Assembly: GCA_000320545.1 (NCBI GenBank) | Contig: ADNK01002143.1 | Location: forward strand, 1-64,000 | Source: Bigelowiella natans CCMP2755 | Taxonomy: Eukaryota; Protista; Cercozoa | Length of the DNA: 64,000 nucleotides | Reading direction: 5' to 3' | In this document: piece by piece, positions 13,986-27,479 of the stretch | Layout: each line of letters starts with the position of its first letter | How positions within the stretch are numbered: the stretch's first letter is position 1 | Notes under the pieces: model-generated | Told to the model about the DNA's origin: nothing | The model's input: only the letters and a program-made list of their open reading frames with translations | Databases searched by the model: none | Position numbers and translations under genes: made by a program

Positions 13986-14732
13986 ATGACCCCGCTCTCT
14001 GGGATACTCCAGTGCAGAAGTGAGTAGTTATGATGACACAGAAAAACAAAATGGGAGGCTAAATTCATCAAATCCTTTTTTGTTGGTGCAGGGTGTGGGG
14101 AGAAGGGCCATCGTTCATTTCAATGCAAGAAGAAGGCCGACAGCAACACCATATGCTATCGATGCAAGAGGAAAGGACACTTTGCGTGGCAGTGGTCACT
14201 ATATTAACATTTTATCATAATTTCTGCTTAAAGAAGCTGAGCTAACTCTACTACTTTGCACTTCTCCTCTTCCATCTTCCATCTTCCATCCACTGTGTAG
14301 CGGTATAAACATCAAGTGCCACCGTTGCGGAGAGATGGGACATTACTCACGCGATTGCAAGATTCCGTATGTGCTACAACTGTGTGAAAGAAGAAGAAAA
14401 TACAAATATTGTGTAAAAATCGGAAGAAGCAACGACAAGAACAAGAGATCCCCTCTCTTTCCTTTGATAACTTTCCTTATTGCTTAGTCGCAACGTTACT
14501 TGCAACCACTGCGGTAAGGAAGGGCACGTGATCAAAGAATGTGTGGAGTTCCTTCAGGTTATTATCATGCATAGTGCTCGCATTATAAGTGGGGAGCAGC
14601 CAGTCAGTGGGACATCGAAGATATAATGATAATATTAATAATAAATAGAGATGATGATGATGATGATGATGATGATGATAACTGTGAAACGACAATAACA
14701 ACAGACCAAGTAGCTGTAGCATGCATGGAATG

Positions 14733-14773
<41 letters not shown>

Positions 14774-14968
14774 TGCAGTGATTATTCTCATACTATGAAT
14801 ACTATTACTTTGAAAGAAAACAACATGTTTCGGCTGCGGGCAGACCGGTCATCTTCGTTCTCAATGCCCCGTAAATCCATCATCAGGGTAAGAATATCAG
14901 TAACTAGTTACGACGGTACATGCATGGATATCTGTTTGAATAATTCAACATGATATATTTCTGTCGTT

Positions 14969-15003
<35 letters not shown>

Positions 15004-15196
15004 TATACATATATACATGTACTCATACTACCACTCATGCTAAAAATTTAGAATACGTTGCTTTCGTTGCGGTGGAATCGGTCACAGAATAGAAGTTTGT
15101 CCAACAAAACCTGGACGGGGAGGTAGTAGAGAAGAAGAAGGAATACTGTTCAAACGGCGGAGAATGAAAAGAATAGACGATGCTGACAATAAGGTT

Positions 15197-15229
<33 letters not shown>

Positions 15230-15819
15230 CAAGAATGACATATATATTACCATTTGCTCATGAGACAACAGCAGCACCCCACAATCAACAATATGCAAAT
15301 ATGTACTGATATTTGTGCATGCATTAATTAATTAAGCAGCAGAGAAAGAAAGGACGATCGTTATTCGCAGAATTTGGAGTTTCACCTTATGGCGGGACTA
15401 CCACATATGATGCTACCGTAACTTCTAAAACCACCAGCAGCACCAGCAGCAGCCCCAAAGCAGTCGTTCTTGGAGTCGCGGTAGTTGCAAGTGAACATGT
15501 TGAAAGTAAAAGTCATAGTAGGGCATTAGCTAATGGAAATTTAGTAGATAGCAGTGTATCTGGTGATGGTGGGTCGTCGGTTCTCCATTCCAAGGAAAAA
15601 CAGCCGCACACAGCAGCAGCAGCAGCAGCAACACAGCAGCAGCAGCAGCAACCTGTCATTCTTGTTAAAGTTATCAGCTCTAACCAACGGAAAAAAAGGA
15701 AGAAGAAGAAGAGGAAAAAGCACAAGTCGAGGAAAGATAATAAAACTGAGGAGCAGGGTGGTGGAGGAGCTCTCGCCCTCCTTAGCGGCTATGGCAGTGA
15801 CGATAGCGAAGAGACATGA
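13986..15819 (+). CDS. CCHC zinc-knuckle protein (6 knuckles; CNBP/AIR1-like) with Lys-rich tail
   Basis: CRRCGEKGHRSFQC, CYRCKRKGHFAWQC, CHRCGEMGHYSRDC, CNHCGKEGHVIKEC, CFGCGQTGHLRSQC, CFRCGGIGHRIEVC across GT-AG exons. Tail RKKRKKKKRKKHK...LALLSGYGSDDSEET*. The true start may lie upstream (~13718). Confidence 0.8.
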
Positions 15820-16581
15820 TAACCGATATAAGTCATGTAGCGATTGCTGATGAGCTCACAAAGCAACCGATGCAAAGTCGTCTTTTAGATCAACGAACCT
15901 TCGGATCCGTTCTTATTATAGTCTCATTGCAGACTGACTGATATGATGCATGCTTGCAACTCTTCATCATTGCATGTGTACGCGAACAAAGAATAGAAAT
16001 GCTACGCTGTCAGGCAAGCTCTCTTAGAAGCTAAGAGTGGTGGTGAGCAAACCTCTCGCACATGCTATAGACACAGTACATGTGTGTGTCATGTATATGT
16101 CTATTGTGCATATATAGTGGCGGTCTTGGTTGATGCGATCCTGGTACTGTACGCAGCGCATGAGATGTGAATGCAAGCAAGCCTATAGGAGTGTGCATGC
16201 ATGCTCTAGCTCGCACAACAATATGATACACAATAACATGATAGATGAGACGGAATGCAATGAAGTAAGTCTTATTATGTAATTTATTCATAAAATGATC
16301 ATATCCTACGTAGCTGGGCAATGCTGCGGCTACGGTGCTTATATGTTGTATCTATTTGTTTCCATCACATTGCATTTCATGCATGTATACTAGTATGATT
16401 AAATATGTGATGATGTATAAGCAGCTTGAATTGCCACGATGGCCGCGTAGTACGACTGATGACCGCATCGACTAGTCATTATTACGCTGCTGCCATATTG
16501 ACTGCAGTACGTGTCATGCTACCTTCACCAACAGTGTGGATGTTTCTTACTGCTACATGCATATATGCTACATACACATAA

Positions 16582-16621
<40 letters not shown>

Positions 16622-16989
16622 TACTAGCTAGCTAGGCTCGAGCGTAGCTGTACACTATTGCGGTTCAGGTTAACAAGTAGCAATTTATACAAGAGCGGTC
16701 TCTCATTGTACTCTTTTCATTTGCTATTATCGGCATTATTATTGCTTCTTCCCATTCTTCATCTCACTCCCACCCTCTTTAGTTTTGCCATTGCCATTTT
16801 TCTTTCCTTCTTCTTTCATGGCCCTAAACAAAAGCATCATCGTTAGTACAGTATTATGCAATGCTAGCCATGGAAAAAGAGAACAATTTTGTGGAATAAA
16901 AAACAAAGTGAGCAAATTTCTCTTCTCCGCTATGTCGTAGCCAATAAGACGGGCGGAAAAATCCGACATATATTCTTCAAGCATATTAC

Positions 16990-17022
<33 letters not shown>

Positions 17023-17074
17023 GCGTTTAGAATGATAGAATCTATGCATGCTTGCTGGGCGAGATAAGGAGAAT

Positions 17075-18146
17075 TTACAACGACTCAATAATCATTCTCG
17101 AAGTATCATATTTAACACTGAAAATGATTAGAGCGCATCATATATATGGTATTTGTGGAACGATGAGAATGGCTGTTTCATATATAGGGGGGGGGGTTGT
17201 TGCAAACGATGGTTGCACTGCAGGATAGTACTTGGCTAATTCCTTCCAATAATCTAGATTCTTGTCAAGGTTTTTTAAGCAAACCTCCACCTCTGGGATC
17301 ACTAATTAATAGTTATTTGATTATATGTGTATACTTCAGTTCACACCGTACAACAACAAGAAGAGGAGTTGTTAAGAAGAACAAAAAAGAACACAAACAT
17401 GATGATTTATGATGGTTGATTGATGATGGGTGATAATATGATAATATGATGATTAATGTACCTTCTTTGAATTGTTCCCATAATGGCTTTACGAAACCAT
17501 CGATAAAGAAAACCTAAGACGTACATTCATGGATAGTGGAATAGTAGTGGTAGTAGTAGTATCTTCTTCCTCTTCTAAGACCCATCTCTCAGGAGGAAAG
17601 AGACTGTGTGAAAAGTGACAGGTATCATAGGAGGAGAAGACGATAACATGCTATTCTTCAAAATGTAACTACAATAACAATAATATCAATTATTTAATAA
17701 TAGTAATAAGTGGTTGGTGTCTACCTGGCCGAGTGGAACGTCTTTAGCTTTACTCCTGTCATTACCTGGTTGTGATGATGATGATGATGATGATAATGAT
17801 GATGATGATGGTGAGAATAGGTGAAGAGTAATCGTGAAACGACTTGCTATCATCATTTAACAAAAGTCTTATAATACACCTATTACTAGTACTACAACAA
17901 AGAAGTAACTTCAAGGAGTTGTTTTCATCATCATCATCATCATCACCATACTACTATTACTACTACTACTACTACTACTACTACTAACCCAAGCCAACAG
18001 GAAGAGCTTGATCTTTCTCCATATCGCCCTGCTGCCAGAATTCCTACGAGTAGTATGTATGTATGTGTGCATGTATGTATCACGACGACGTCAATCGAAG
18101 ACCAACAGCGTCATTAAAGAATAAGGAGAAGAAAAGCTTGGTAAGT

Positions 18147-18183
<37 letters not shown>

Positions 18184-18386
18184 ACCTGCAGCACTCTATC
18201 AGTCCATTTTCGCATGAAGACTTGAGGGCGACAGGGCCCCTGAATATGATGATTAACGATAAGAGTAATAAGAGTAATAAGAATAATAACAAGAAGAATA
18301 GAGACACCCATTCTCATTACGAGGACTAAAATGAAGATTACTACTACTACTGCAGTTGTTGTGTTGGTACTAGAATATTACACACG

Positions 18387-18419
<33 letters not shown>

Positions 18420-18775
18420 CGAAAGATCTGCACAGTGTACGCACAAGTTAAGAAGGGTTTCGACTTCTTTTATCCAAACCTATTTTGGATTTAATGTACA
18501 TAATCAATCATGTGGTGTTTCAATCAGTTATATATGTGACGTAGTGATAATAATAATAATAATAATAATAATATTAATAATATTAGGATTAAGCGTTTGT
18601 TGCTGAAGTGAGTGAATCACTGATTCACCTGGGGATCTTTACTATCTAGCCATGAGGCATTGGTACTCTTCTTCCACTTTATCGTATGCTTTAGGTTACG
18701 CACTTGCTCTTGGTGCTTAGCCATGTCAGTGTGTAGTACCTAACATAATTATAATACAACACCTCAATAGTCGTA

Positions 18776-18817
<42 letters not shown>

Positions 18818-20024
18818 ACAAAGCTCATCACGCATCAGCAACCACTTGAAGAAGCAGCAGAAAAAGAAATGAGACGAAATTAGTTTCAAGGAGGAAAGAC
18901 AGCACCCACCATCGATATGACGAGTCTTCGGAATGTTCTATAGTCTACGAATAGGGATAGGAGGAGGAGGAGGGCACAACAATAGATACGATCATCGTTA
19001 ACACAACAGAAGAAAAAGAAGAATTGAGAAACTTGTAAGATGATAATGCATGTGGGTATATGTAAGAGAGAGGGGGGGGGGGGGGGGGGGGGTTGGAGAG
19101 ACAGAGCCATTTTTAGTAGATTGTTGGTTGTAGTAATAGTACCGAGATGCGACAAGCAATTGAGGAAATCACAGTTCTTCTTCTGTGTAGCATAGCATGT
19201 AGTAGTAGTTGTGGTAGAAGTAAACACATGGAATCAATAATATAATGCGGATAATAATGCTGATACAATGAGAAGAAACGACGACGTAAGCAGAAGGAAC
19301 AAATATCAACCCACTACCACATTACTACTACTACTACTACTACTTGTAAAAGCATGAAGGCCTCAGAGACGTGCATATTTTCTAAAACTGCAATGTCATT
19401 GTATCTGAGGATAGGAGTAGTAGATGATATTAGAAGGAGGACATCAAAACATTGAAGGAAGGATGATCATGCAAGCTTGACGTACATCAACGCCAGATCA
19501 TGTTGGGTCTTCTTGTGGAAATCGTTATTCGTTCCTGCTCGTTATCATTGCATTGAATTTAAATTCGAGTGACCCGCAATACAACAAATGTATGATAAAA
19601 ATGGTTGTTATCAAATGATGCGTCGTCGTGATGTTGATCGCATGCATAGGTACACTCGTACATGCATCGTGGCGATTTAATTAACGAGTAGATGTTACCC
19701 TCCTCAAGCTACTACTACTGCTGCTGCTACCACTACAACAACAAAACTTCAAAGAATTTGGGGATGGGTGATGCTTTTGTGTGTTCTTTTGTGCTAGTCC
19801 CTCCCCCCTCCCCCCCCTCTCTCCTCTCGAATTTACCCACCTGGATGATTATAATCATGAACAACGGCACCGATGTATGCAGATAAGCGCATTAATGGAT
19901 GCTTCCTGCATAGCTTTGCCATTGTTGAACTAAACATATTTATCAACGACTTATCTTTTTCTTTGCAAAATATTGACAAGCAAACAACACACATGACGCA
20001 CAGCCCTTTCTCTCTCTCTCATGC

Positions 20025-20078
<54 letters not shown>

Positions 20079-21002
20079 TGTGACGTTGTGTGAGAAAGAA
20101 TGAATCTCCTATGAATGTCTCGTAACCTACCTTTTTAAAAAGAAATGCGTAGCGTGCAGCACATCGGCTGCATGAATCGCATTATGATAAGGAACATCGT
20201 TGTACCCTGTTTATGATGATGATGATGAAGATGCGTACAAAGAACAAGAAGAAGAACAAGTCGGATGATCATGATCACCGCCATTTTTACACGTACACAC
20301 ATAGCTTTTCTTCTTCCTTTTATCATCATCAGCATCACCATGACCATCACCCTTTGCTTCTTCCTCTTCTTCTCCTTCTACTTCTACTTGTTTGAGTTTG
20401 TTCTCCTTTTAGTAAATTGTTCTACTTTCTAACACGTATATATTGCTACCGCAGTGGGCACATCTCCACCAGCATCACCACCACCATCACCACTATCAGC
20501 AGCACCTTCTTCAACTGCCTTCAGGTAGGTAACAGTCTAAGAAAGGAATAACAATAATGACAACAACTGATGATGATGATGATGATGATCAATACATACG
20601 ATGATAATTACAATAGGTGGAATCATCATAATCATCACATACAATGATAATTACAATAGGTGGTATCATCATAATCATTATCTTTATTATTATTATTATT
20701 ATTATTTATCATCATTATCATCAGTGATTAAATCATAACGATGAACGACTTATTCTACTTATTCTTCGATTAGACAACTACTACTACTATTAGTAATAGT
20801 AGTAGTATTACAACTTAATGAAACAACGAATCAATGTTACAACATGATCATCATCATCGTCATAAGTATCCAACTACAACATAGTTATAAATATTAAAGG
20901 CCAAAACACACACACACACACACACACACCTGGTGTCTGTTCATACTGAGGCTCTCAAACACATTATATCTGCCAATAATATAACCATTATGCACGCGAT
21001 TT

Positions 21003-21069
<67 letters not shown>

Positions 21070-21455
21070 TATATTCTAGCTACATGAGAATATAGAATAT
21101 GCTACATTTTCCTCATTCTTCTACTTCCTCCTCCTCCTCCTCCTCCTCCTCGTGCTTATAAGGTATACTAAATGGTATTATATGTGTATATATAATATAA
21201 ACCTATCAAGAAGATGATAACACAGCAGTGATAGAGCATGGCCATCAGCTTCTTCATTCAATTTCCAAATATCAAATTCATCCCAATGATCGACCTAATA
21301 ATAATAACATCACACCATCAACGTCACACGTGATTAATCTGTGTTGAAGAGGGGGAAGGGAAAGGAATTGACCCATCGTCATCATTAGATTGCTGCTGCT
21401 GCTACTCAGAGTGCTGCAAAGAAAGTCTTAATTACCCTTCCATCTTCCAGTCAAA

Positions 21456-21494
<39 letters not shown>

Positions 21495-22666
21495 GAAACA
21501 CACGGAACCCCATACACACTAATACACACGAATATTATTCACACTCATCATATATATTCTTATGCAACAAGTGATGTATGAGCACCTTTGCAAGAATCTT
21601 CTCTAGCTCTGGTGTTATCATTAATGTAAAACTAAAATTCTCCCCTTTCTTTTGGTACAATCGCTCAATCTGTAAGCACATTTTTAATTATTCACTTTAT
21701 AGCACGATGAAGCTAATTGCTGCTGCTACAGCTATTGTTTATGATGAGCGTTATTCTTGTAGTTCGTCTTCCTTCCATAAGCTATTTTTTATTTTCTTCT
21801 TCTTTACACGAGGAGGTCCTCCTCTCGCTTCCAAGTAGCAGCAGCAACAACAACAACTAATACTACTACTACTACTACTATCACTTACATTGCTATTCCG
21901 CCGTCTAACTGGCGATCTAGTGCAAGAACATACAAACGTTATAATATTATCATTAATGATAATAATATCAATAATAATAATAATACAAGGTAGTAGTAGT
22001 AGTAGTAGTAGTTGTAGTAATTAGAAGATGAGAACAACAGAAAATAGTCTTAATCAGACAACAATCGAGACAACAAAGCATATCTATGTAGGGAACGGCA
22101 TATTCCTATCACATCGTCATGATTAGTTCAATTTTATCACATTTTCCGACAACAATGACAAGAGGATGAGCATATGTATTGTTTATTACTAACTGCATAC
22201 TCATATATATGCCCATACCTTTCCTTTTCTTTAGATGTTTGTACGTTACTTCTGCTTCGATGGTGCTGCGTGTGCACCTTCTTCTTTGTCGGACTTGGTA
22301 AAGGTGATTTTAAGTCCTTCAAACACATTGTGGTCATCAGTATTCATCACCCGATACATCAATCGTCAATATGCTCATTTTCGCCGTTGAAATGTCGTTG
22401 ATATCCATCTACAAGTATGCTAATATATGCAAAATAATACAGATGATGTTGTGCATGATGGGATGTTGAATTGTCGTATGCGTCATTACTACTACATTCT
22501 CGCTTGTGTATGTATGTACGTATAAATGTATGAATGTATGTATGTACGGAAGTCAGTCAGTACCTCAACGTCCTCCAAGTACTTCTTGAAATCCGGTGAA
22601 CTCTGGACTGTTAGTAGTAGTAGTAGTATTGTCGTCAATTGATAGTATATGTGAACTCTGGACTGT

Positions 22667-22698
<32 letters not shown>

Positions 22699-23830
22699 TT
22701 GTCGTCAATTGATAGTAGTAGTACTATATATATCTTGTTATGATGATGACGATATCTGGAAGCTGTTCATTGAGAAGGAGATGGAGGAGGACCTGATGCA
22801 CATCCCATTGCATGTCTTATTGCATCTTGCTCGTCACTGGAAACGCTCTCCAGAATAGTAGCTAGATTATGGGTATTATCATGATGATGATAATGATGAC
22901 GATGATGGAGATCAAATCAATAGAAATACTTATAATGATAGCAAGTAATGATGAAAGCAAATACTCTGCCATACGAATTAGAGAGGTGGGTTGTAAAGAA
23001 AGCTTAAGTATGCTGCATAGTAGTAGTAGTAGTGGTAGTAGTAGTAGTAGTAGAACTCTCATGTCAATAACATATTAGACACGTATGGCACGCGTTTGGT
23101 ACACGCATTGCCGTATATGCTGGCAGCACACTCTGAAATAGAAATTTAATTATACTAAATAATATAATCTTAAGGAAATGTCGGGTTAGTAAAGTGAATG
23201 AACCTCCCTGTAGTGATGATCTCGCGCTTCTACCGAGCGTGTTTCCCATAAGGTCTGTCTGTGCACTTGCTAATAACTTGCGGACCCTAACATCATACAG
23301 ATGGTGGTAGTACTCTTGGTTTAGCATTTGGTCAACTACTACTATTTATCCACACGTATAATATGCGGTATTATTCACCACCTTGCAACCTCTTCTCCTT
23401 CATCAGTATCTTTCAGCTTATTCTCAAGGTTTATCAAGACCTGGACAATAAAGTTGATGAAATGATCTCTACATATGAATAATTCCATTGGTTTCTCATA
23501 TGTAGAGCCACTACCTCTTGTGCTTCTTGTAGACGATTTAATCCCAGTGTGTAAAAGTCAGTTGCAGCGAACAGGTTCTTTATGGATGAATTTCCCGATA
23601 TTGAGGCTAGAGGCAGAACACCTAAAAGGGAGGGGGGTTATTCACACATCCAATATTCAACTAAGAGCATAAAATGATCAGGGTGTCGACATACTGGATC
23701 GATTCCGCCCCCTCATAATAATGGTTCTCGATGAGGTTGATGATGAAGAGGCGGTGTTCTTGTAGGGGAAAGATGCGCTTTCCTTCGCTACTGCTGGATT
23801 GCTTTCGTCGCCAACAAGAACTACCTTCAT
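17075..23830 (-). CDS. Class I 3',5'-cyclic nucleotide phosphodiesterase (PDE-A), about 20 microsatellite-filled introns
   Basis: Missing from the ORF track because the exons are tiny. They read VDHWDEFDIWKLNEE, GYNDVPYHNAIHAADVLHATHFFL (~20130-20207), AVVHDYNHPG|GTNNDF, YNDIAVLENMHVS, FRRLVISM|VLHTDMAKH, CVHCADLS|GPCRP..WTDRVLQ|EFWQQGDMEK, Q|VFFIDGFVKPLW, NLDKNLDYW. ATG at 23830 (MKVVLVGDE); the N-terminal exon chain is less certain. Confidence 0.85.
22596..22717. repeat. ~55-bp tandem duplication containing a PDE-A splice acceptor and a (TAG)n tract
   Basis: gtgaactctggactgttag(tag)n tattgtcgtcaattgatagta at 22596 and 22651; the copies differ in (TAG)n length. Confidence 0.85.
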
Positions 23831-24311
23831 AGTTATGTTACGACATCAAAATCCTCTTGTCGTAAGAATGTTTTCAAGTTTAAATACCTGGTTGCTGACC
23901 TCTACTTGTTTACCTACGTCATGATACAAGTGTTGTCGCAAGCACTAAATCCCTGTGATCTTGCACTTTTGCTTTTTTACAAATCGTGCGCCCGTTACAA
24001 CTGGATCTCGCTGATAAGATCTCCAACTCCTCCTCCTCTCCTTCGCAGGCGCTGTCAAGCTGTCAAGTAATCATGTCGCATTAGTTAGATAAGGTGTTCG
24101 CAAACTAGTTGTCGCAGTGAATAAATTGCATTGAATTCCTTGAAATACTTGCAGAATCTATTCTGTCAAACAAACAAACAACAACGTCAAAGGGTCATCA
24201 TCAGCCAGGCTCCTCCTTCAAATAAAAAGAGCCATGGGGGGGGGAGGAGGAGGAAACGAGGAACTTGGAGGCTGAGAGCTGCAGAAAGCCAATAACAGTA
24301 GACCAAGTGAT

Positions 24312-27215
24312 ATGGATGCTTCAAGTGCTATGGAGAGGTATTGATATATAAATAATAATGAAAGCCATAACACATAATCACTTTCATCATCTCATGGTGA
24401 TACAAAATCGTATTCAGTGCGGACCGAAAGCAGCAACTTGTGAACGTGGAATTACCAGTGCACACAGGTTCTGGGACAGGTAGTAGGCCCGGAGTCGAAG
24501 GGAAACGTGTGGATGTTGGTGAAATGATCTCATCTAATAAAACGAGAACAGTAGCAAGGACGGATCATGTTCGGCAGACCAATAATAGCAGCTTAGGAAC
24601 GGAGAAGAAGCTCAGACACCACGATCATAAGATAATCGAAAAAGTCACAAATCAGATTCCACTACCAACCGAGGCTATGCAAGCCTGGCCTCCACGATTT
24701 CATGACATAGCTGTTGAACGACGCTATCTCTCTTGGCGGCGAAAAACAAACTTCATGGATTTGTGGATCACTTCCCTTGCCATCCTACTCCTCATTGGTA
24801 GCTTTCTAGTGTTTTCGATATCTGAGCAGCTTGAGGAGGACAAGGATGAACAACGGATATATCTTTTCAAAACTGTATTTGCCGTAATCTCACTAGTTGT
24901 TGCAATCTGCACGTTGCTGCTGGCTCCTTCGAACGCTGACCAAATTTGCTACCTCATAGGTAGGGTATGAGTGTGCGTAATTATCATACTACTACTGTCT
25001 CACACACTACCCTTCGTTCTCAACCATCCATAGATTGAAAAAAAACACGAGCATCAAAGTAAAGTGTTACAACTACTCATCTATTCATCATTCTTGACTC
25101 CTAATTTCAATCAATTTAGGACTTGGATGCAGTGGGGGTTTACTAGCTTTTAGTACAGCATTCAAGAACAACAAATTGGACCTATTCCTGGGAGTGGAAA
25201 CAATTTTGAGCTTTATGGGTGCTGTAACAGCTTTAGGGACAGTAGTGACCTATGTGTCAGTGTCTATTGCTAACGCAGTGACGGTAGGAGCCTACTTCAT
25301 CCTAGCTGTTGTCTTTCTTAAGGGAGGCGAGAATGCCTTGGCAACGATGCATTCACTTGTCACTTTAGTCGTGGTGACCATTGTTTTACATATCATCTCT
25401 TACGAGAGCGAAATTGGAAGTCGTCAAACCTTTTACAAACGCCTTTTACTCTGGCAAGCAACACAGAAGCAGAATAAGGACGTTCGCAACCTGAGACTTG
25501 AACGGAAAGAATTAATGATAAATGCTTTCAGTAGCATGCTTAAACGGTTCGACCTGGGAAAGGTGGAGGAGGTGGAGGTGAAACAAAATTATGAAAGTGC
25601 TGCAGAAGAGCTAATCAAAACACTAAATGAGCTGTGCAGTTTGAAGAAAGAACTCGGTAAGAATCCCATCGCCCTTCGTATTCTGAAAGACGTGCGTCGC
25701 ATCGTGCTAAGATCTGGGGGAGATCTTTACCAGCCGCTACGTGAGGACCTTGATGCGCTACAAGATTCTGAACAATCGGATATGGTGCAGGTCCTCACCC
25801 AGCATAATCGTATGCTACGCGTCGTTTCTAATGTGAACGAAGGAGAGAAGTATAGGATGTTGTCTCCTCGTCGTAACTTCAATAGCATCTCATCAGCTAT
25901 GGGTTCTGCTGAAGACCAGTCTTATCAGCACTTGTACAACCGCATTGATGACTTTGACTTCGATGTGTTTGATGTGATGGGACCTACTAAGAATAAACCC
26001 CTTACATTCGTCGTGTTAGCGTTGTTTGGAAAGCACGAACTCGTTTCAAAGTTCTCGGTAGATCTGAAGAAGCTTAGGTCCTTTTGCAATGTCATCGAAA
26101 AAGGCTACATAAGCTCCAACCCTTATCATAATGAGATCCACGGTGCTGATGTGACGCGGTCATGCCACTATCTTCTCAACGCTGGTGGAGTATTTAAAGT
26201 TATGACGCCCTTAGAGACCATGGCTGCCATTATTGCGTCCTGTATACATGATTTTCAACATCCAGGGGTCACCAACGACTTCTTGATTCGCAGTTCGGGT
26301 GCCCTTGCCATCACTTACAACGACCAGAGTGTGCTGGAAAACCACCACGTCGCGGCCGCATTTCAGTACCTGACTAAGCCCGAGTATGACTTTTTGGAAC
26401 ATTTAACGGGAGATGAGTGGAAGGAGTTCAGGAAAATCGTTATAACTATGGTACTAGCCACCGACCTTTCACGCCATAAGGAGAATCTTGATAAGCTCAA
26501 GCTACGAGCTACTCATATTAATAACATGTTATGGCCTCGTACCCAAGCAATTCAATCCTCCCTTGGAGGATACTATAACCCTAAGCAGCAGCAGCAGCAG
26601 CACCTGCGCTCCTTGTCCGTTGCATCTGGGAGTTCAGTAAACACAGCTATAGAAACCGATGAAAAGGAGGATGCAGCCGATAGGCTTATGCTTATGAAAA
26701 TGGCACTAAAAGCATCGGATTTGGGACACTCGATGAAGCCCTTGCGCCAGCATATCAAGTGGTCGGAGCGGATAAAGGATGAATTCTTCCTGGAAGGAGA
26801 TCAAGCGAAGAAACTAGGAATGCAGGTGAAACCGCTCTTTGATCGAAACAAAAATCGAAATATGGGTAAGTCGCAAGCGGGTTTCATCAGATTCCTGGTA
26901 AAACCGCTCTTTCAGGGCCTTATTCCCCTTCTACGGCTAGAAGATCCTATCCTAAAACAAATCGAGTCAAATCTTACTCACTGGAATAAGTCTGACCAAG
27001 CATTCAAAACTTTGGAGTCCAAGAAAGAGGCAGTAGGATCACAAAGGAGGTTAGAAGATGGGGAAACAACGAGCGAGACCAAGGATACAAAACAGTCGCC
27101 CGTTAATGTGGGGAGGAGAGGCACCGGTAATCTTACAATAAAGCTCGAGATTCCTGAGGAGCAACATGGTGATGATCTCGCCGAGAAAAATTTGAAAACA
27201 ATCAACAGCATTTGA
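24312..27215 (+). CDS. Membrane-anchored class I cyclic nucleotide phosphodiesterase (PDE-B) with N-terminal TM helices
   Basis: ORF 25176-27215: YHNEIHGADV, IHDFQHPGVTN, YNDQSVLENHH, VLATDLSRH, KASDLGH, EFFLEGD, SQAGFIRFLVKPLF. Several hydrophobic helices in 24750-25410. Only 2-3 introns, all 5' of 25120. Confidence 0.92.
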
Positions 27216-27479
27216 TGCTAACTACACTACTCTTGGTGGTGGAAAAGGTCTGTATGTTTCGTCGCTCGCATCGGATGAAGAACGTCCCGCAGAAAGTGCA
27301 GTCGTCACTCAATGTTAGCCAAACATTTGAGACCCTCTGTGAAGAAGACAGCATCAACAACGCTCTGGTTGCACCATCATCATCTTCACGAAATCAGTCG
27401 GAGCTGCCTTCCAGTGTGCCCCGAATGCCATGTAAATGGGTTTTCATCGTGTTTGATGTTGCAAACTGGGATGCATTGG

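Noticed and set aside
13986-15819. Retroelement Gag (zinc knuckles)
   Set aside because: Spliced, six knuckles, and no protease, RT, integrase or LTRs.
24234-24274. Short upstream ORF in frame with PDE-B
   Set aside because: It depends on the length of a G homopolymer, and there is no evidence of function.
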